Assembly (NCBI GenBank): GCA_965243025.1
Contig: CBDETY010000003.1
Coordinates: 4,224,001 to 4,288,000 of the forward strand
DNA from: Candidatus Latescibacterota bacterium
Lineage (GTDB): Bacteria; Latescibacterota; UBA2968; UBA8231
DNA length: 64,000 nucleotides
Direction of reading: 5' to 3'
The notes beneath the pieces are model-generated. The model was not told where the DNA came from and searched no databases. It was given only the letters and a program-made list of their open reading frames with translations. Numbering within the stretch: position 1 is the stretch's first letter; each line of letters opens with the position of its first letter. Positions 1 to 14,750 of this stretch are shown in pieces. Both the position numbers and the translations under genes were made by a program.

Positions 1-447
1 ATCCTCGATGCGCAGCAGGTCGAGAGCTTCCCTGCGCCCCGCCGTGTCCGCCCAGCCGTACTCGTGCGGCGACAGCTTGCGCTCCTCGACGAATGCCAGG
101 GTTTCGGGCGGCGCCCCGGTGCCGATCTCCCGGAGGGCGAAGTCGACCTCGGGCGCCTCCGGGGGGCGGGGAACGAACTCGGTGCGAGTGACCTCTTCCG
201 CCATGGTTTCCGGCTCCGCTTCCCGCCGCAGGTATTCCATCCTCGACTCGGGGAGCCGTTTCGGTTCCGGGACGCGCATCCGCTGGGGCTCGAACCGCCG
301 CGCGGGGATGTTGGCGATCCTCGCCCGGAAAGCCCTGGCCTCTTCCGCCTCGCGCCAGGACAGGGCGATGTAGTTGACAGCGACCAGGTGCAGCAGAAAG
401 GAGATGATCAGGCACGGCCAGATTATCGGATCGCGTCGTCGTCGCAT
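1..447 (-). CDS. Hypothetical membrane-anchored protein (5' part; runs off the window)
   Basis: Manual translation from ATG 447: MRRRRDPIIWPCLIISFLLHLVAVNYIALSWREAEE..., open to position 1, with an N-terminal hydrophobic helix; divergent from aceE. Confidence 0.6.
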   Translation of the reverse strand, partial: MRRRRDPIIWPCLIISFLLHLVAVNYIALSWREAEEARAFRARIANIPARRFEPQRMRVPEPKRLPESRMEYLRREAEPETMAEEVTRTEFVPRPPEAPEVDFALREIGTGAPPETLAFVEERKLSPHEYGWADTAGRREALDLLRIED

Positions 448-667
448 TGCAGTGGCAGGCAATCAGTTGGGCAATCCTGTTGAAGGTCGCTTTCCGAGGG
501 AAGCGGGGCAATCGCAACTGGTTGATATCCCGAATTCGCGTAAATTCTGTGCCCTTCAGGAGTTTATACCATATGGGACTCGCGGCCGCGGGGATGGTTC
601 GCGGAACGGCGCCGCAGGCCGGCAAGGCGGCCTGTTCACAGCGGTTGCGCCCAGGTCAACCTCGACG

Positions 668-3331
<2,664 letters not shown>

Positions 3332-3335
3332 GCTG

Positions 3336-4994
3336 ATGGCGACCGAATTCAAGCTCCCCGACCTCGGGGAAAACGTCGAGGCCGGAGAGGTCATCAACGT
3401 CCTCGTTTCGGTTGGCGACTCCCTCGAAGAGGACCAGCCGGTCATCGAGCTCGAGACCGACAAGGCCGTCATCGAAGTCCCCTCCTCGGTCAGCGGCACC
3501 ATTGCCGAGATCAGGGTATCCGAAGGGGACACCGCGGCCGTGGGCCAGGTCATTCTCACGGTCGAAGGGTCTGCCGGAGGCCCCGGGCAGAAGCAGGAGG
3601 CGCCAGCGCGAAAAGACGGAACGCCTGCCCGCGAGGTCGAAGCCCCACAACCACCGGTGCCCCGGCAACCGCCTTCCCCTGCCGGAGAGGCGGCGGCTTC
3701 CCGGCCGATCGAGGTGAAACTTCCCGCCCTCGGCGAGGGGATCGAGAGCGGGGACATCGTCGCCGTGCTCGTGTCCCCGGGCAGCGACATCGCCGTCGAC
3801 GACCCGGTGCTGGAGATCGAGATCGACAAGGGTGTCGTCGAGATGCCTTCCCCCCTCGCCGGCAAGGTAACCGCCGTCCACGTGAGCGAAGGGGACAAGG
3901 CAGCCGTCGGGCAGTTGGTCCTCACCCTTGAAAGCGATGCTCCCGCCCCCGAATCCGGGCCTGCCGAACCGCTTCCAGCCCACGCGGAAAAAGAGGGGCC
4001 GCAGGCTGCGCCTGCCGCTCCCCCTCCAACCCCCGTCCCGGCTCCCGCGCCTCCGGCAGGCACCGATACACCCGCCCCGACGAAGCTGGTGCCAGCGGCC
4101 CCGTCGGTGCGCCGCCTTGCCCGGGAAATAGGGATCGACATCGCCGAGGTCCGGGGAACGGGTCCCGGGGGCCGCATCTCGGCGGACGACGTAAAGTCGC
4201 ATTCCCGCGCCGTCAACAGCCGGCGCGCCGCAGCTCCCGGGGCAGCGGGCGCGCAAGCGGAGGCCGCTCCGCTCCCGGACTTCTCGAAGTGGGGGGACGT
4301 CGAGCGCGAGCCGATGAGCAACGTGCGCCGCGTCACCGCCCGGCACATGGCGGGCGTCTGGGGGACCATTCCCCACGTCACGCAGTTCGACAAGGCGGAC
4401 GTCACCGATCTCGAGGCCTGGCGCAGGAAATACGGCAAGACGGTCGAGGCGGCCGGGGGCAAGCTGACGCCGACGGCGATCGCCATGAAGGTGGCGGCCG
4501 CAGCGCTGTCGAAGTTCCCGGCGTTCAACGCCAGCATCGACGTCGGCAGCGAGGAGGTGGTCTTCAAGAAGTACATCAACATCGGCGTCGCCGTGGATAC
4601 CGAGCGCGGGCTGCTGGTGCCGGTAGTCCGCGACGTCGACCGCAAGAACATCCTCGAGCTGTCGGTCGAGCTGACCGAGATCTCGGCAAGGGCGCGCAGC
4701 GGCAAGCTCGGTATCGAGGAGATGCAGGGCGGCACCTTCACCATCAGCAACCTCGGGGGGATCGGCGGCACCTCGTTCACGCCGCTGGTCAACGCTCCCG
4801 AGGTGGCGATTCTCGGAATCGCCCGCAGCAGCCAGGAGCCGGTTCTCGTCGACGGGGAATTCGCGCCGCGCCTGATGATGCCCCTGGCCCTGTCCTACGA
4901 CCACCGCCTGATCGACGGCGCCGACGGAGCCCGCTTTCTGCGCTGGTTCTGCGACGCCCTGGAAAACCCGTTTCTGCTCGCCCTCGGCGGGTAG
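3336..4994 (+). CDS. aceF: Dihydrolipoamide acetyltransferase E2 (two lipoyl domains)
   Basis: Lipoyl motifs ETDKA and EIDKG, E3-binding GTGPGGRI, catalytic SYDHRLIDG. Confidence 0.96.
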   Translation: MATEFKLPDLGENVEAGEVINVLVSVGDSLEEDQPVIELETDKAVIEVPSSVSGTIAEIRVSEGDTAAVGQVILTVEGSAGGPGQKQEAPARKDGTPAREVEAPQPPVPRQPPSPAGEAAASRPIEVKLPALGEGIESGDIVAVLVSPGSDIAVDDPVLEIEIDKGVVEMPSPLAGKVTAVHVSEGDKAAVGQLVLTLESDAPAPESGPAEPLPAHAEKEGPQAAPAAPPPTPVPAPAPPAGTDTPAPTKLVPAAPSVRRLAREIGIDIAEVRGTGPGGRISADDVKSHSRAVNSRRAAAPGAAGAQAEAAPLPDFSKWGDVEREPMSNVRRVTARHMAGVWGTIPHVTQFDKADVTDLEAWRRKYGKTVEAAGGKLTPTAIAMKVAAAALSKFPAFNASIDVGSEEVVFKKYINIGVAVDTERGLLVPVVRDVDRKNILELSVELTEISARARSGKLGIEEMQGGTFTISNLGGIGGTSFTPLVNAPEVAILGIARSSQEPVLVDGEFAPRLMMPLALSYDHRLIDGADGARFLRWFCDALENPFLLALGG

Positions 4995-5010
4995 GAACCC
5001 GGTCCGTGCC

Positions 5011-6420
<1,410 letters not shown>

Positions 6421-6469
6421 CCGCGGAGGGAGCCGCCCTTTCAGGACTGCATTTCGTCAGGCCTGGAAG

Positions 6470-7795
6470 ATGACCCGGAACCAGAAACCCCCCGCTGCTT
6501 CGGGAGCATCCATGACAACAGCTGCGTCGCCGGTCAGGCATTTCCCCCTGGTACTGGCGCTTCATTTTGCTGTTGGGCTGATTCCTCAGGTTCACCTGCA
6601 TGCCGAAGTCCTGTCGCGGGGCGATGCGGTGCGCATGGTCATCGAGCGCAACCCGGAAGTGGAAGCGGCTCGCAACGCCTGGGAGGGCGCCCGCGCCCGT
6701 GCGCGGCTGGACAGGGCCCCGCCAGATCCTGAATTCGAGTTCGAAGAACTCCCCAGGCTGGGAGGATCGCAACATCATGGCGAGCACACGATCGGCGTCA
6801 GCCAACGGGTTGAATTTCCCCTGAAGTGGTGGCATCGCCTGCGGGCCGGCCGCCGGCAGGCTGAGGCGGCCCGTCTCGCCCTCTACGAGACGGCAAAGCT
6901 CGACATGGGCATACGGGCAAAGAACGCCTATGACCGGATCGCCCTGCAGAGGTCGCTGCTCCGGCATGCGCGCCAGGACCTCGACCTGGCCCTGGAAATC
7001 CTGCGCCAGGCCAGGATCCGGTTCGAAGCGGGGGATGTGCCCCAGTTGGACGTCATGCGGGCCAGCGTCGAGGCCGGACGGGCAACCAATCGCCTGACCG
7101 CAGCGGAAAACGACCTCTCCGCGGCCAGGACCGGGCTCAATGCGCTCCTTGCCCGTCCGCTGCAGACCCGGTTTTCGATATCGGACAGCCTGTTCTACCA
7201 GCCCCATGATACCGACCTCGACCAACTGACCGATACCGCCCTGCGGCAACGGCCCGATCTGGCGGGGGTTTCGCTGCGGTTGAAAGCCATGGAGAACCGC
7301 CAGGGGGCGGCGACCGCCGCTCTTTTTCCGGATCTGAATCTGGGGCTGGCTCTCCAACAGCGGCATGGCCACGGGGAAGATTCCTGGCTTTTTCGTTTGG
7401 GAATGGAGATTCCGCTGTGGGCCTTCTCCCGCCAGCGCGGCGAACGGGCCGAAGCCAGGGCCGCGGTTGCCCGGACCGAGGCCGAACGCGAGGCGCTGCG
7501 CTACCGGGTCCTTCTCGAAACGCAACAGGCGTGGCTCGACCTCGGTACCGCCGGCAAGCAGGTGGTCCTGTTCCAGGACCGGATCCTTCCCGAAGCCGGG
7601 CGTGCGTTCGAGTTGGCGGGCCGCAGCTACGAGGAGGGCAAATCCTCCTACCTCGAGCTGCTGGAAACCCAGCGCACCTGGATCGAGACGCAGGTGGAAT
7701 ACGCCGAGGTCCTGTTCGAGTACCGGGCCGCCGAGGCTGCGCTGGAAAGGGCGGTCGGCAGTCCCCTGCCTGCAAGGAGCCCTTCGGGGAATTGA
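6470..7795 (+). CDS. czcC: TolC-family outer-membrane efflux channel (CzcC-like)
   Basis: OEP helical repeats (RFEAGDVPQLDV, YEEGKSSYLELLETQR); first gene of the RND operon. Confidence 0.85.
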   Translation: MTRNQKPPAASGASMTTAASPVRHFPLVLALHFAVGLIPQVHLHAEVLSRGDAVRMVIERNPEVEAARNAWEGARARARLDRAPPDPEFEFEELPRLGGSQHHGEHTIGVSQRVEFPLKWWHRLRAGRRQAEAARLALYETAKLDMGIRAKNAYDRIALQRSLLRHARQDLDLALEILRQARIRFEAGDVPQLDVMRASVEAGRATNRLTAAENDLSAARTGLNALLARPLQTRFSISDSLFYQPHDTDLDQLTDTALRQRPDLAGVSLRLKAMENRQGAATAALFPDLNLGLALQQRHGHGEDSWLFRLGMEIPLWAFSRQRGERAEARAAVARTEAEREALRYRVLLETQQAWLDLGTAGKQVVLFQDRILPEAGRAFELAGRSYEEGKSSYLELLETQRTWIETQVEYAEVLFEYRAAEAALERAVGSPLPARSPSGN

Positions 7796-7883
7796 CCGAC
7801 TGCCGCGGGGGGCAATGTTGAACAGTGAATTACCGGTGGGCTCCCATCAGGTACGCAGGAGTCCTCATCCGTCCCCGGGGAGA

Positions 7884-9080
7884 ATGAGAATGCGCATCTA
7901 CAAGTCGAGCCTGGGAATCACAGGTTTGCTGACCGGTCTCTTCGCGCTTGGAGAGGGCCTCTCGCTATTTGCCCAGAACCAGCCGGCCCGGGCTGCTGGC
8001 GAGCATCACGAGGAATCCGGGGAGAGGGTACGGCTGAGCGCAGCGGAACGGGCCGAGTTCGGCATCGAGGTCGCAAACGCCTCCCCGGGCAAGCTGGCGA
8101 TACAGGTGAATACACCCGGGGAAGTGCAGGTCAATCCCAATCTGCTTGCCCACATCGTTCCCCGGGTTCCGGGGGTCGCCAGCGAGATCTTCGCCAATGT
8201 CGGAGACCGGGTGAAGCAGGACGAGATCCTGGCAGTGCTGGAAAGCCAGGAGCTCTCCGAAATGAAGTCGGCATACCTGGTCGCCCAGGAGCGCCTGGAG
8301 CTGGCTCAGGCAACCTTCGACCGGGAAGAAACCCTGTGGGCCCAGTCGATCTCTTCGGAGCGGGTATTCCTCGAGGCCAGGACCAGGCTGGCGGAAGCGC
8401 GGATCGACCTGCGGGTGGCCGAGCAGAAGCTTCGCGCCCTCGGGTATTCCGTGTCCAGCCTGGAGAAGCTGTCCTTCGAGGGGGACGAGCGCTTTACCCG
8501 CTACGAAATAAGGGCCCCCTTCACGGGGACCATCATATACAAGCACATAACCCAGGGGGAAGTGCTGAAGGAGGATTCCGAGGCCTTCATCGTGGCGAAC
8601 CTGCGTTCCGTGTGGGTCCTGTTGACGGCTTACCAGACGGATCTGCCGTTCCTGCGCGTCGGCCAGGCCGTCCATATCCAGGGAAGCCAGGGCGGCCCTT
8701 CCACCACCGGAACCGTGGACTATATCAGCCCCATCATCAACGAGTCGCTGCGGACAGCTTCGGTTCGCACCGTCCTTCCCAACCCCGACGGCCGTTGGCG
8801 GCCCGGCTCCTTTGTCACCGCAACCATTGATGTGGAAGGCATCGATGTTCCCCTCCTGGTGCCGGGTTCCGCCGTCCAGATGCTGGAAGACCACCCGGTC
8901 GTCTTTGTCGAGACCGGCGGGGAATTCGTCCCCCGGCCGGTCCGCTTAGGCCGCGCCAACCCCACCCATGCCGAGATCGTCTCCGGGCTGGAACCGGGAC
9001 AGCCGTATGTCTCCCGGGGGGCCTTCGTCCTGAAAGCCCAGCTGGAAAAGGGCGCTTTCGGCGAAGGCCACGCCCACTGA
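7884..9080 (+). CDS. czcB: RND periplasmic adaptor (CzcB-like)
   Basis: PRVPGV...VGDRVK, IRAPFTGTI, LPNPDGRWRPG, His-rich ends; start uncertain (7815/7884/7890). Confidence 0.85.
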   Translation: MRMRIYKSSLGITGLLTGLFALGEGLSLFAQNQPARAAGEHHEESGERVRLSAAERAEFGIEVANASPGKLAIQVNTPGEVQVNPNLLAHIVPRVPGVASEIFANVGDRVKQDEILAVLESQELSEMKSAYLVAQERLELAQATFDREETLWAQSISSERVFLEARTRLAEARIDLRVAEQKLRALGYSVSSLEKLSFEGDERFTRYEIRAPFTGTIIYKHITQGEVLKEDSEAFIVANLRSVWVLLTAYQTDLPFLRVGQAVHIQGSQGGPSTTGTVDYISPIINESLRTASVRTVLPNPDGRWRPGSFVTATIDVEGIDVPLLVPGSAVQMLEDHPVVFVETGGEFVPRPVRLGRANPTHAEIVSGLEPGQPYVSRGAFVLKAQLEKGAFGEGHAH

Positions 9081-9102
9081 CCGCCGGGGGAAGGGCAGGC
9101 CG

Positions 9103-10634
9103 ATGGTAGACCGCATCATTCAGCTGTCGCTGCACAACCGGCTGCTCATGCTGGTCCTGGGAGCGGTGGTGGTGGGGAGCGGATACTACAGCTACCGGCA
9201 GCTTCCGGTCGATGCCTTTCCCGACGTCTCCCCCAACCTCGTGCAGGTATTCACCGTCACCGAGGGTCTGGCCCCCGAAGAGATCGAAACCTACGTCACC
9301 TACCCCATCGAGACGGTGATGAACGGCCTCCCCGGCATCGAGAACATCCGTTCGGTTTCGAACTTCGGCCTCTCTGTCGTCAACATCTACTTCGAAGACG
9401 GAATGGATATCTACTTCGCCCGCCAGCTGGTCAACGAACGGCTTCAGGAGGCCCGGGAACAGATCCCGGAAGGGTTCGGCGAACCGGCGCTGGGGCCGAT
9501 TTCCACCGGTATGGGGCTGGTGCTCTTCTACTACCTCGAAGACACCACCGGCGAGCACTCGCTCGAAGAGCTGCGCACGATCCAGGACTGGCTGGTCAAG
9601 TTCCACCTGCAGACCGTTCCGGGAGTCACCGAGATCCTCGGCATCGGCGGCCACGAGAAGCAGTTTCACGTAGTGGTCGATCCCCACGCCCTTTTGCGCT
9701 ACGGGGTGACCCTGCGCGACGTCATCGAACAGATCGCAGCCAACAACCTCAACGTCGGCGCCCAGTTCATACGGAAGGACGCCGAGGAATACGTCGTGCG
9801 CTCGGTCGGCCTGGCCTCCACCGTGGCCGATATCGAGAACATCGTCATCAAGGCAGCGGACGGAACTCCCATCTTCCTCAACCAGGTAGCGGAAGTGGGC
9901 ATCGGAGGGGCAGTGCGGCGGGGGGTGCAGACCCGCAACGGTGTGGAGGAAGTGGTTGCCGGCATGGTGATAAAGCTCTTCGGCGCCAATTCCTCGACGG
10001 TGATCGAGCGGGTCGAAGCGAAGATGGAGGAGATCAACCGCATTCTTCCCGACGGAGTGCGGCTGGTCCCCTACTACGAGCAGAAGACCCTGGTGGCGGC
10101 CTGCGTGGCCACGGTCACGAACGCCCTGATTCAGGGTATCGTCCTGGTCACCCTGGTGCTGATCCTGTTCATGGGCAGCGCCCGGCCAAGCCTGGTGGTG
10201 GCCCTCTCCATTCCCTTCTCCGTCCTGTTCGCCACCCTCGGCATGCGCTGTTTCGGCATCTCGGCCAATCTCATGTCCCTCGGGGGCCTGGCCATCGCCA
10301 TCGGCATGATGGTCGACGGCACCATCGTCGTCGTCGAGAACGTCGACCGCATCCTGCGGCAGGCGGATGCCGGCGAGGGACGCGTCCAGGCCGTTGCCCG
10401 CGCCTGCGCCGAAGTCGGCCGTCCCATCGTCTTCGCCATCCTCATCATCATTCTCGTCTTCCTGCCCCTGTTCACCCTCCAGGGTGTGGAGGGAAAGACC
10501 TTCCGGCCCCTGGCCTACACCGTGGCCATGGCGATGCTGGGCTCACTGGTCTTCGCCCTGTTACTCGCCCCGGTGCTGGCGAACCTTTTGCTGCGCTCAC
10601 CCGGATCCGGGGGAGACGGGGCGCCGCGACGCGA
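9103..10634 (+). pseudogene. czcA: CusA/CzcA RND transporter, 5' half (interrupted)
   Basis: LPVDAFPDVSP, GMMVDGTIVVVEN, EGKTFRPLA; only ~510 aa before running into the element end. Confidence 0.93.
10627..10634. repeat. 8-bp target-site duplication CGACGCGA (left copy)
   Basis: Identical 8-mer at 59180-59187; both copies abut the inverted repeats. Confidence 0.93.
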
Positions 10635-11244
10635 GGGAATTATCTAGATAACTGCGCAAGGGAATTTTAGTGATCTCACCCGCGAAATTAAAGAAAATCT
10701 GGTATAATATAGTAGAGAAATTGCAGAGAAACGGACATCCTTCGTCCCACTGTAATAGCCGGGAGATGGGGGATGTCGACTGGCTGGCAATTCCACATGA
10801 TTGCATGCTGACCGGAGAAGCCTGCCAGATTGGCACCATGGATCGACCCCCACTCTGATCGAGGAGTGGATGCGCGAGCCCCCTGGGTCTACAAAGCCGT
10901 CGTTGAGGTGAGAAGGATCATTCCGTTTGGTCGACAAGATGGCAAGGGGCAAGCTGGATCTGATTCCGGATCGGGAAGGCCACTCGGATCGAGGAGGGAA
11001 CCGGGACTCTTGCCTGATCTGAGTCGGGGACTGGCAGCGGCATATCATGGCGTTCTCAAAGTCAGGCAGTCTGCATCCTGCGATCTATCCGGACTCGCAG
11101 GTACCTCCCCCTGAAGTCGGCACCGTGGATCGAAAGGCCGCTTTCTGATGGAGGAGAGGATGCGCGAATGCCCCGGGTCTGCAAAGCCGTCGTCGCCGAG
11201 GTGAGGAGGAAGTCATCCCGTTTGGTCGACAAGATGGCAAGCAG
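10635..11244 (+). repeat. Left terminal inverted repeat (610 bp)
   Basis: Reverse complement of 58570-59179; the ORF track gives identical mirror peptides at both ends; begins GGGAATTATCTAGATAACT. Confidence 0.93.
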
Positions 11245-11432
11245 GATGACTGAGGATTCCTCGGGTACAGCCTGAGCTCCAGGCGCAACAGGGGAGGCAG
11301 CCGGCAGGGATGTCGCCTTGCCGACCATTCGGCATGATTCGCCGCTTCCCTCCACCAGATGAGAATCGATTCACAGTTCCGCCGGCGATGCGCAAGACGG
11401 CAGGCACCGGCAGCGGGATGTCGACTTGCTGA

Positions 11433-12437
11433 CTATTCGAACAGCTTCGCCCTTTCCTTCGACCGGTGATGAGTGTAGGGTTTCGGAGGAACCTCCGTCG
11501 CCAGCAGATCCCGGTAGGTCAGCCGTTTCCTCATCATCCGCGCCGTCAGATACCTAATCCGCTCCTCGGGGTCCAGGTTGCGGATGTTGTGCTTGCCTGT
11601 GATCTCCTTGAGGTATCGGGGCAGATACTTGGGAGACACGTGGTGGTGGGTCCCGTATATCGTTCGCTTCGCCTTGGCCCAGAACGATTCCATGCCGTTC
11701 GTATGGACCTCCCCTCTGACGTATTCCTCCTTGTGGTTGACGGTGTCGTGTCTTCCCGGCCATTCGAAACCATCGCGAAAGGTCGGGGCATTGTCGCTGA
11801 AAAGGGTGCCCTCCGGGCGTACGTTTTCCTCGGCGAAGGGGAACACGGTCTCGCGTGTCTCATCAGGGACCACCTTGGAGGCCACGTCGCCGGTTTCCCG
11901 GCAGCGCACTCCGCTCACGGGGGTACTGCCATACCTCCATTTCCAGTGAAACTTCTTGTCGGCGTGCCTGTTTTTATCGTCTCCGGCGAACCAGGCTTGA
12001 TCTATCTCGGCCATGCTGCTGCCCAGCGGTTGGGGAACCGGCCAGGCTTCCCGGAAGCGGTGCAGCATGAACAAGGCCGACGAATACGCAAGGTCGAGGT
12101 CGCTCGCAAGCTGCCTGGCGCTGATTCCCTTCGGTCTGGATTCGTACAGGTGGACGCCGATGGCCCATTTCCGCAAGGGGATCTTGGAGTGGGACATTCC
12201 CCCTTCCGTGCGCACGCTGAAGCGCTTTCGACAGCCGCCGCACCAGTAGGGCATGGGCTTGCGGCCGGGGCATTCCGATACCCTGTCGGAGCGGCCGCAG
12301 CGCGGGCAGTATATGAATTCGGGCAGGCCGTCTACGGTCTTCCCCCATCTTTTCTCTTCGAACCATTTTTCTGCGGTTGCGTCATCTGGAAACATGCTGA
12401 ACAAATCAATTAACGAGATGCTTTTACCATTACTCAT
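11433..12437 (-). CDS. IS1595-family transposase (left arm)
   Basis: Zn ribbon CPRCG...WCGGC, HTH, EIDQ / FSDN / HTNGMESFW, HHVSPKYLPRYL. Confidence 0.92.
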   Translation of the reverse strand: MSNGKSISLIDLFSMFPDDATAEKWFEEKRWGKTVDGLPEFIYCPRCGRSDRVSECPGRKPMPYWCGGCRKRFSVRTEGGMSHSKIPLRKWAIGVHLYESRPKGISARQLASDLDLAYSSALFMLHRFREAWPVPQPLGSSMAEIDQAWFAGDDKNRHADKKFHWKWRYGSTPVSGVRCRETGDVASKVVPDETRETVFPFAEENVRPEGTLFSDNAPTFRDGFEWPGRHDTVNHKEEYVRGEVHTNGMESFWAKAKRTIYGTHHHVSPKYLPRYLKEITGKHNIRNLDPEERIRYLTARMMRKRLTYRDLLATEVPPKPYTHHRSKERAKLFE

Positions 12438-12652
12438 CCTTACTGACCTTCGGGCCGTGGAATACCGAACTGGAGACCTGCGGCCCTTACAAAAACGATG
12501 TGATTCACGCTCCCATGGCTGTCCTTTCGGTTTCAGTGGGATGGTGACTCTGCCGGAATGTCACCGACAGATGGGACTGGGGACCGGCCGTGGATCCTGC
12601 CCGGCTCCCGTTGCATGTGCCTATAGTGTATTCCGCTGGATTAAAAAAGCAA
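12438..12652 (-). promoter_or_regulatory. Transposase promoter (TTGCTT...TACACT) and conserved structured leader
   Basis: Homologous to 44043-44257, 45624-45830 and 57260-57464. Confidence 0.55.
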
Positions 12653-13486
12653 GTCGGCTTTCGGAGAATTCAAAAACCCCGTAATAGCGACGGTAAACTT
12701 TAGTTTCTGGAAGGGGAGGAGGGGGCGGCACGGAAGGGGAGGGCGAGGAGGTCGGCGGGGGGTGCAGGAAGGCCCGATTCAAGGGGGATGGGCATCCAGA
12801 CGATCCCCGGGGGCTGAAGCCGGGGTGTAGCGGTCCCCGGCAACCGGCGAAAACGGAGTCGCGCTACGAGGCGGAGAAGACCGGGGGTCTGCGGATAATC
12901 GAGAGGACGCGGAAGGAGGCGCTTCGGAGGGGCAAAGATTCTGAAGCGGTCAATCGCCGGGTTATCCGAAAGATTTCAGGATCGGCGGGTCGAGGTGCAG
13001 CTGCGGAACTACGAGGCGAGGGTATCCCGCAAGCTGGCGAACCGGCAGGCCGTGAGCTCCCCTGAGGGTCGACGCTGGGAAGAGGGTATTTTCCCGTAGC
13101 GTAGGGAATACAGAAGCCGACGATTCGGGAGGGATCCTCTCGTTGCCTTTGCACACCCCCCTTGGGAAATCGGCACGGTGGATCGGAGCCCCCCGGCTTC
13201 TGAACGAGGAGGGGGTCTCAGTCCGGGATCGGTGTTCCTGGGGGATTCAGGGAACAGGGTGTCGAGGGTGCCGGCTGCCCGGAACTACGAGGCGAGGGGT
13301 ATCCCCTTCCCTGAAAGCCTGGCGAACCGGCAGGCCGTAAGTGCCCCCTGGTACGGTCCTTGCAGGACTACGCTGCGAAAAAGGGGGTATTCTCCTGCGG
13401 AGAATACTGAATGGAGGCAGCGGGCAGCGGGATTGTCAAGAACGGTTTAAAGTTGACAGTTCCAACGGTTTAAAGTGGACACTTTT

Positions 13487-14314
13487 CTACTCCACGCGGC
13501 TGGATTCTGTCCGCGCATGTGTTCTCCTTCCGGTTGACGAGGGGTATCTCCGGTGGTGAGTCCGGACTGGCGACGATGCCGCAGGCGGTAGCTGTCCCCC
13601 CGGATGTTGATGGTGGAGGAGTGGTGTAACAAGCGGTCCAGGAGCGCGGTGGCCAGCACCGGATCGGGAAAGATCTCGTTCCAGGTGCCATAGCTCTTGT
13701 TGCTGGTCAGGATGATGGACTTGAGCGCTTCGTAGCGCTTGCTGACCACTTCGAAGAGGAAGGTGGCGTCCTGGCGCTCCAGGGGCATGTAGCCGACCTC
13801 GTCCAGGACCAGCAGGTCGGGTCGGGTCAGCGTCTGGAGCAGGACGGACAGCCGGTTCTTCTCGCGAGCGCTGCGGGAGCGGGTGACCAGATCGTGCAGG
13901 GTCAGGAAATAGACGCGGTGGCCGCGCTCGATGGCCTTGAGGGCCAGGCCGAGAGCCAGGTGCGATTTGCCGACCCCGGGCGGTCCGAGGAACAGGACGT
14001 TGGTCCCCTGGTGCAGGAAGCGCAGCGTGGCGAGCTCGTCGATGGTCTGTTTGGGCACCTGGGCCTGGGCGTGGAAATCGAAGCTTTCCAAGGTCCTGGT
14101 CGCGGCCATGCCCGACAGTCTCAGGTTGGTGGCCACCCGGCGCTCCGAAGCGGTGGACGCGCTCGCGGTTGAGGAGTTCATCGATCACTTCCACCGGCAA
14201 CTGCTGCTTTTTTTGGCCCTCCTCCAGGACCGTATCCAAGTCGGTGCGGGCGGCGTTCAGGTCGAGTATTTCCAGGCGTTCCTGCACGCGCTCGTAACTG
14301 ACGGTCGCGCTCAT
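13487..14314 (-). CDS. istB: IS21 helper ATPase IstB (apparently frameshifted near 14150)
   Basis: N-terminus MSATVSYERVQERLEILDL in one frame; GPPGVGKS, LLVLDEVG and LLDRLLHH in the 13447-14181 frame. Confidence 0.8.
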   Translation of the reverse strand: MSATVSYERVQERLEILDLNAARTDLDTVLEEGQKKQQLPVEVIDELLNRERVHRFGAPGGHQPETVGHGRDQDLGKLRFPRPGPGAQTDHRRARHAALPAPGDQRPVPRTARGRQIAPGSRPGPQGHRARPPRLFPDPARSGHPLPQRSREEPAVRPAPDADPTRPAGPGRGRLHAPGAPGRHLPLRSGQQALRSAQVHHPDQQQELWHLERDLSRSGAGHRAPGPLVTPLLHHQHPGGQLPPAASSPVRTHHRRYPSSTGRRTHARTESSRVE

Positions 14315-14750
14315 GCGAGCACCTCCTGCGACGTTTCGATGAGGAGGTCCTCATACACCTCCAGCGACCGGACCTGGACCTCGAGATCCGGATGGGCCGC
14401 CCTCGGCGGCGGTGCCGTGAGCGCCAGGACCGGCTCGGGCGGCCTCTGCTCGAAGCGGAGGCGCCGTCCTTTCCGTCGGCTGTGCTGCCGGGCCGCTGCT
14501 CGCGTGAGCTGGCGGAGGGCGGCGGCGTGCTCGGGCAGGGTGACGGCGGCATGCCCCTGGACTCGCCGCTGATGACGAGCCACCGGGACGTCGCCCAGAT
14601 ACACCCAAAACAGTTCGCCGACCTCCTCGCCTTCGGGTCGCACTCTCACCGTGCGCCCCACCGCTTGCGGATCGACGCTGTAGCGGGTGCCCCCGTAACT
14701 GATATGACCGTCGGAGGGCACCTGTCGGAATTCGAATCGGCGCGGAAACC
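14311..14750 (-). pseudogene. istA: IstA transposase C-terminal fragment
   Basis: RQVPSDGHISYGGTRYSVDP...VQVRSLEVYE; DDE core absent. Confidence 0.8.

Noticed and set aside
374-667. N-terminal extension of AceE in the ORF track
   Set aside because: Overlaps the divergent gene and lacks homology; ATG 668 fits better
10600-10660. CRISPR-guided (CAST-like) targeting of czcA
   Set aside because: Neither spacer resembles the insertion site, and no tniQ/tnsABC is present; RNA-guided transposition is not supported by this window
10644-11407. Short ORFs within the terminal repeats
   Set aside because: Overlapping on both strands, with no motifs or clear RBS
13426-13440. GATTGTCAAG match to the start of spacer 1 at the IS21 junction
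   Set aside because: Only 10 nt and not extendable; plausible by chance
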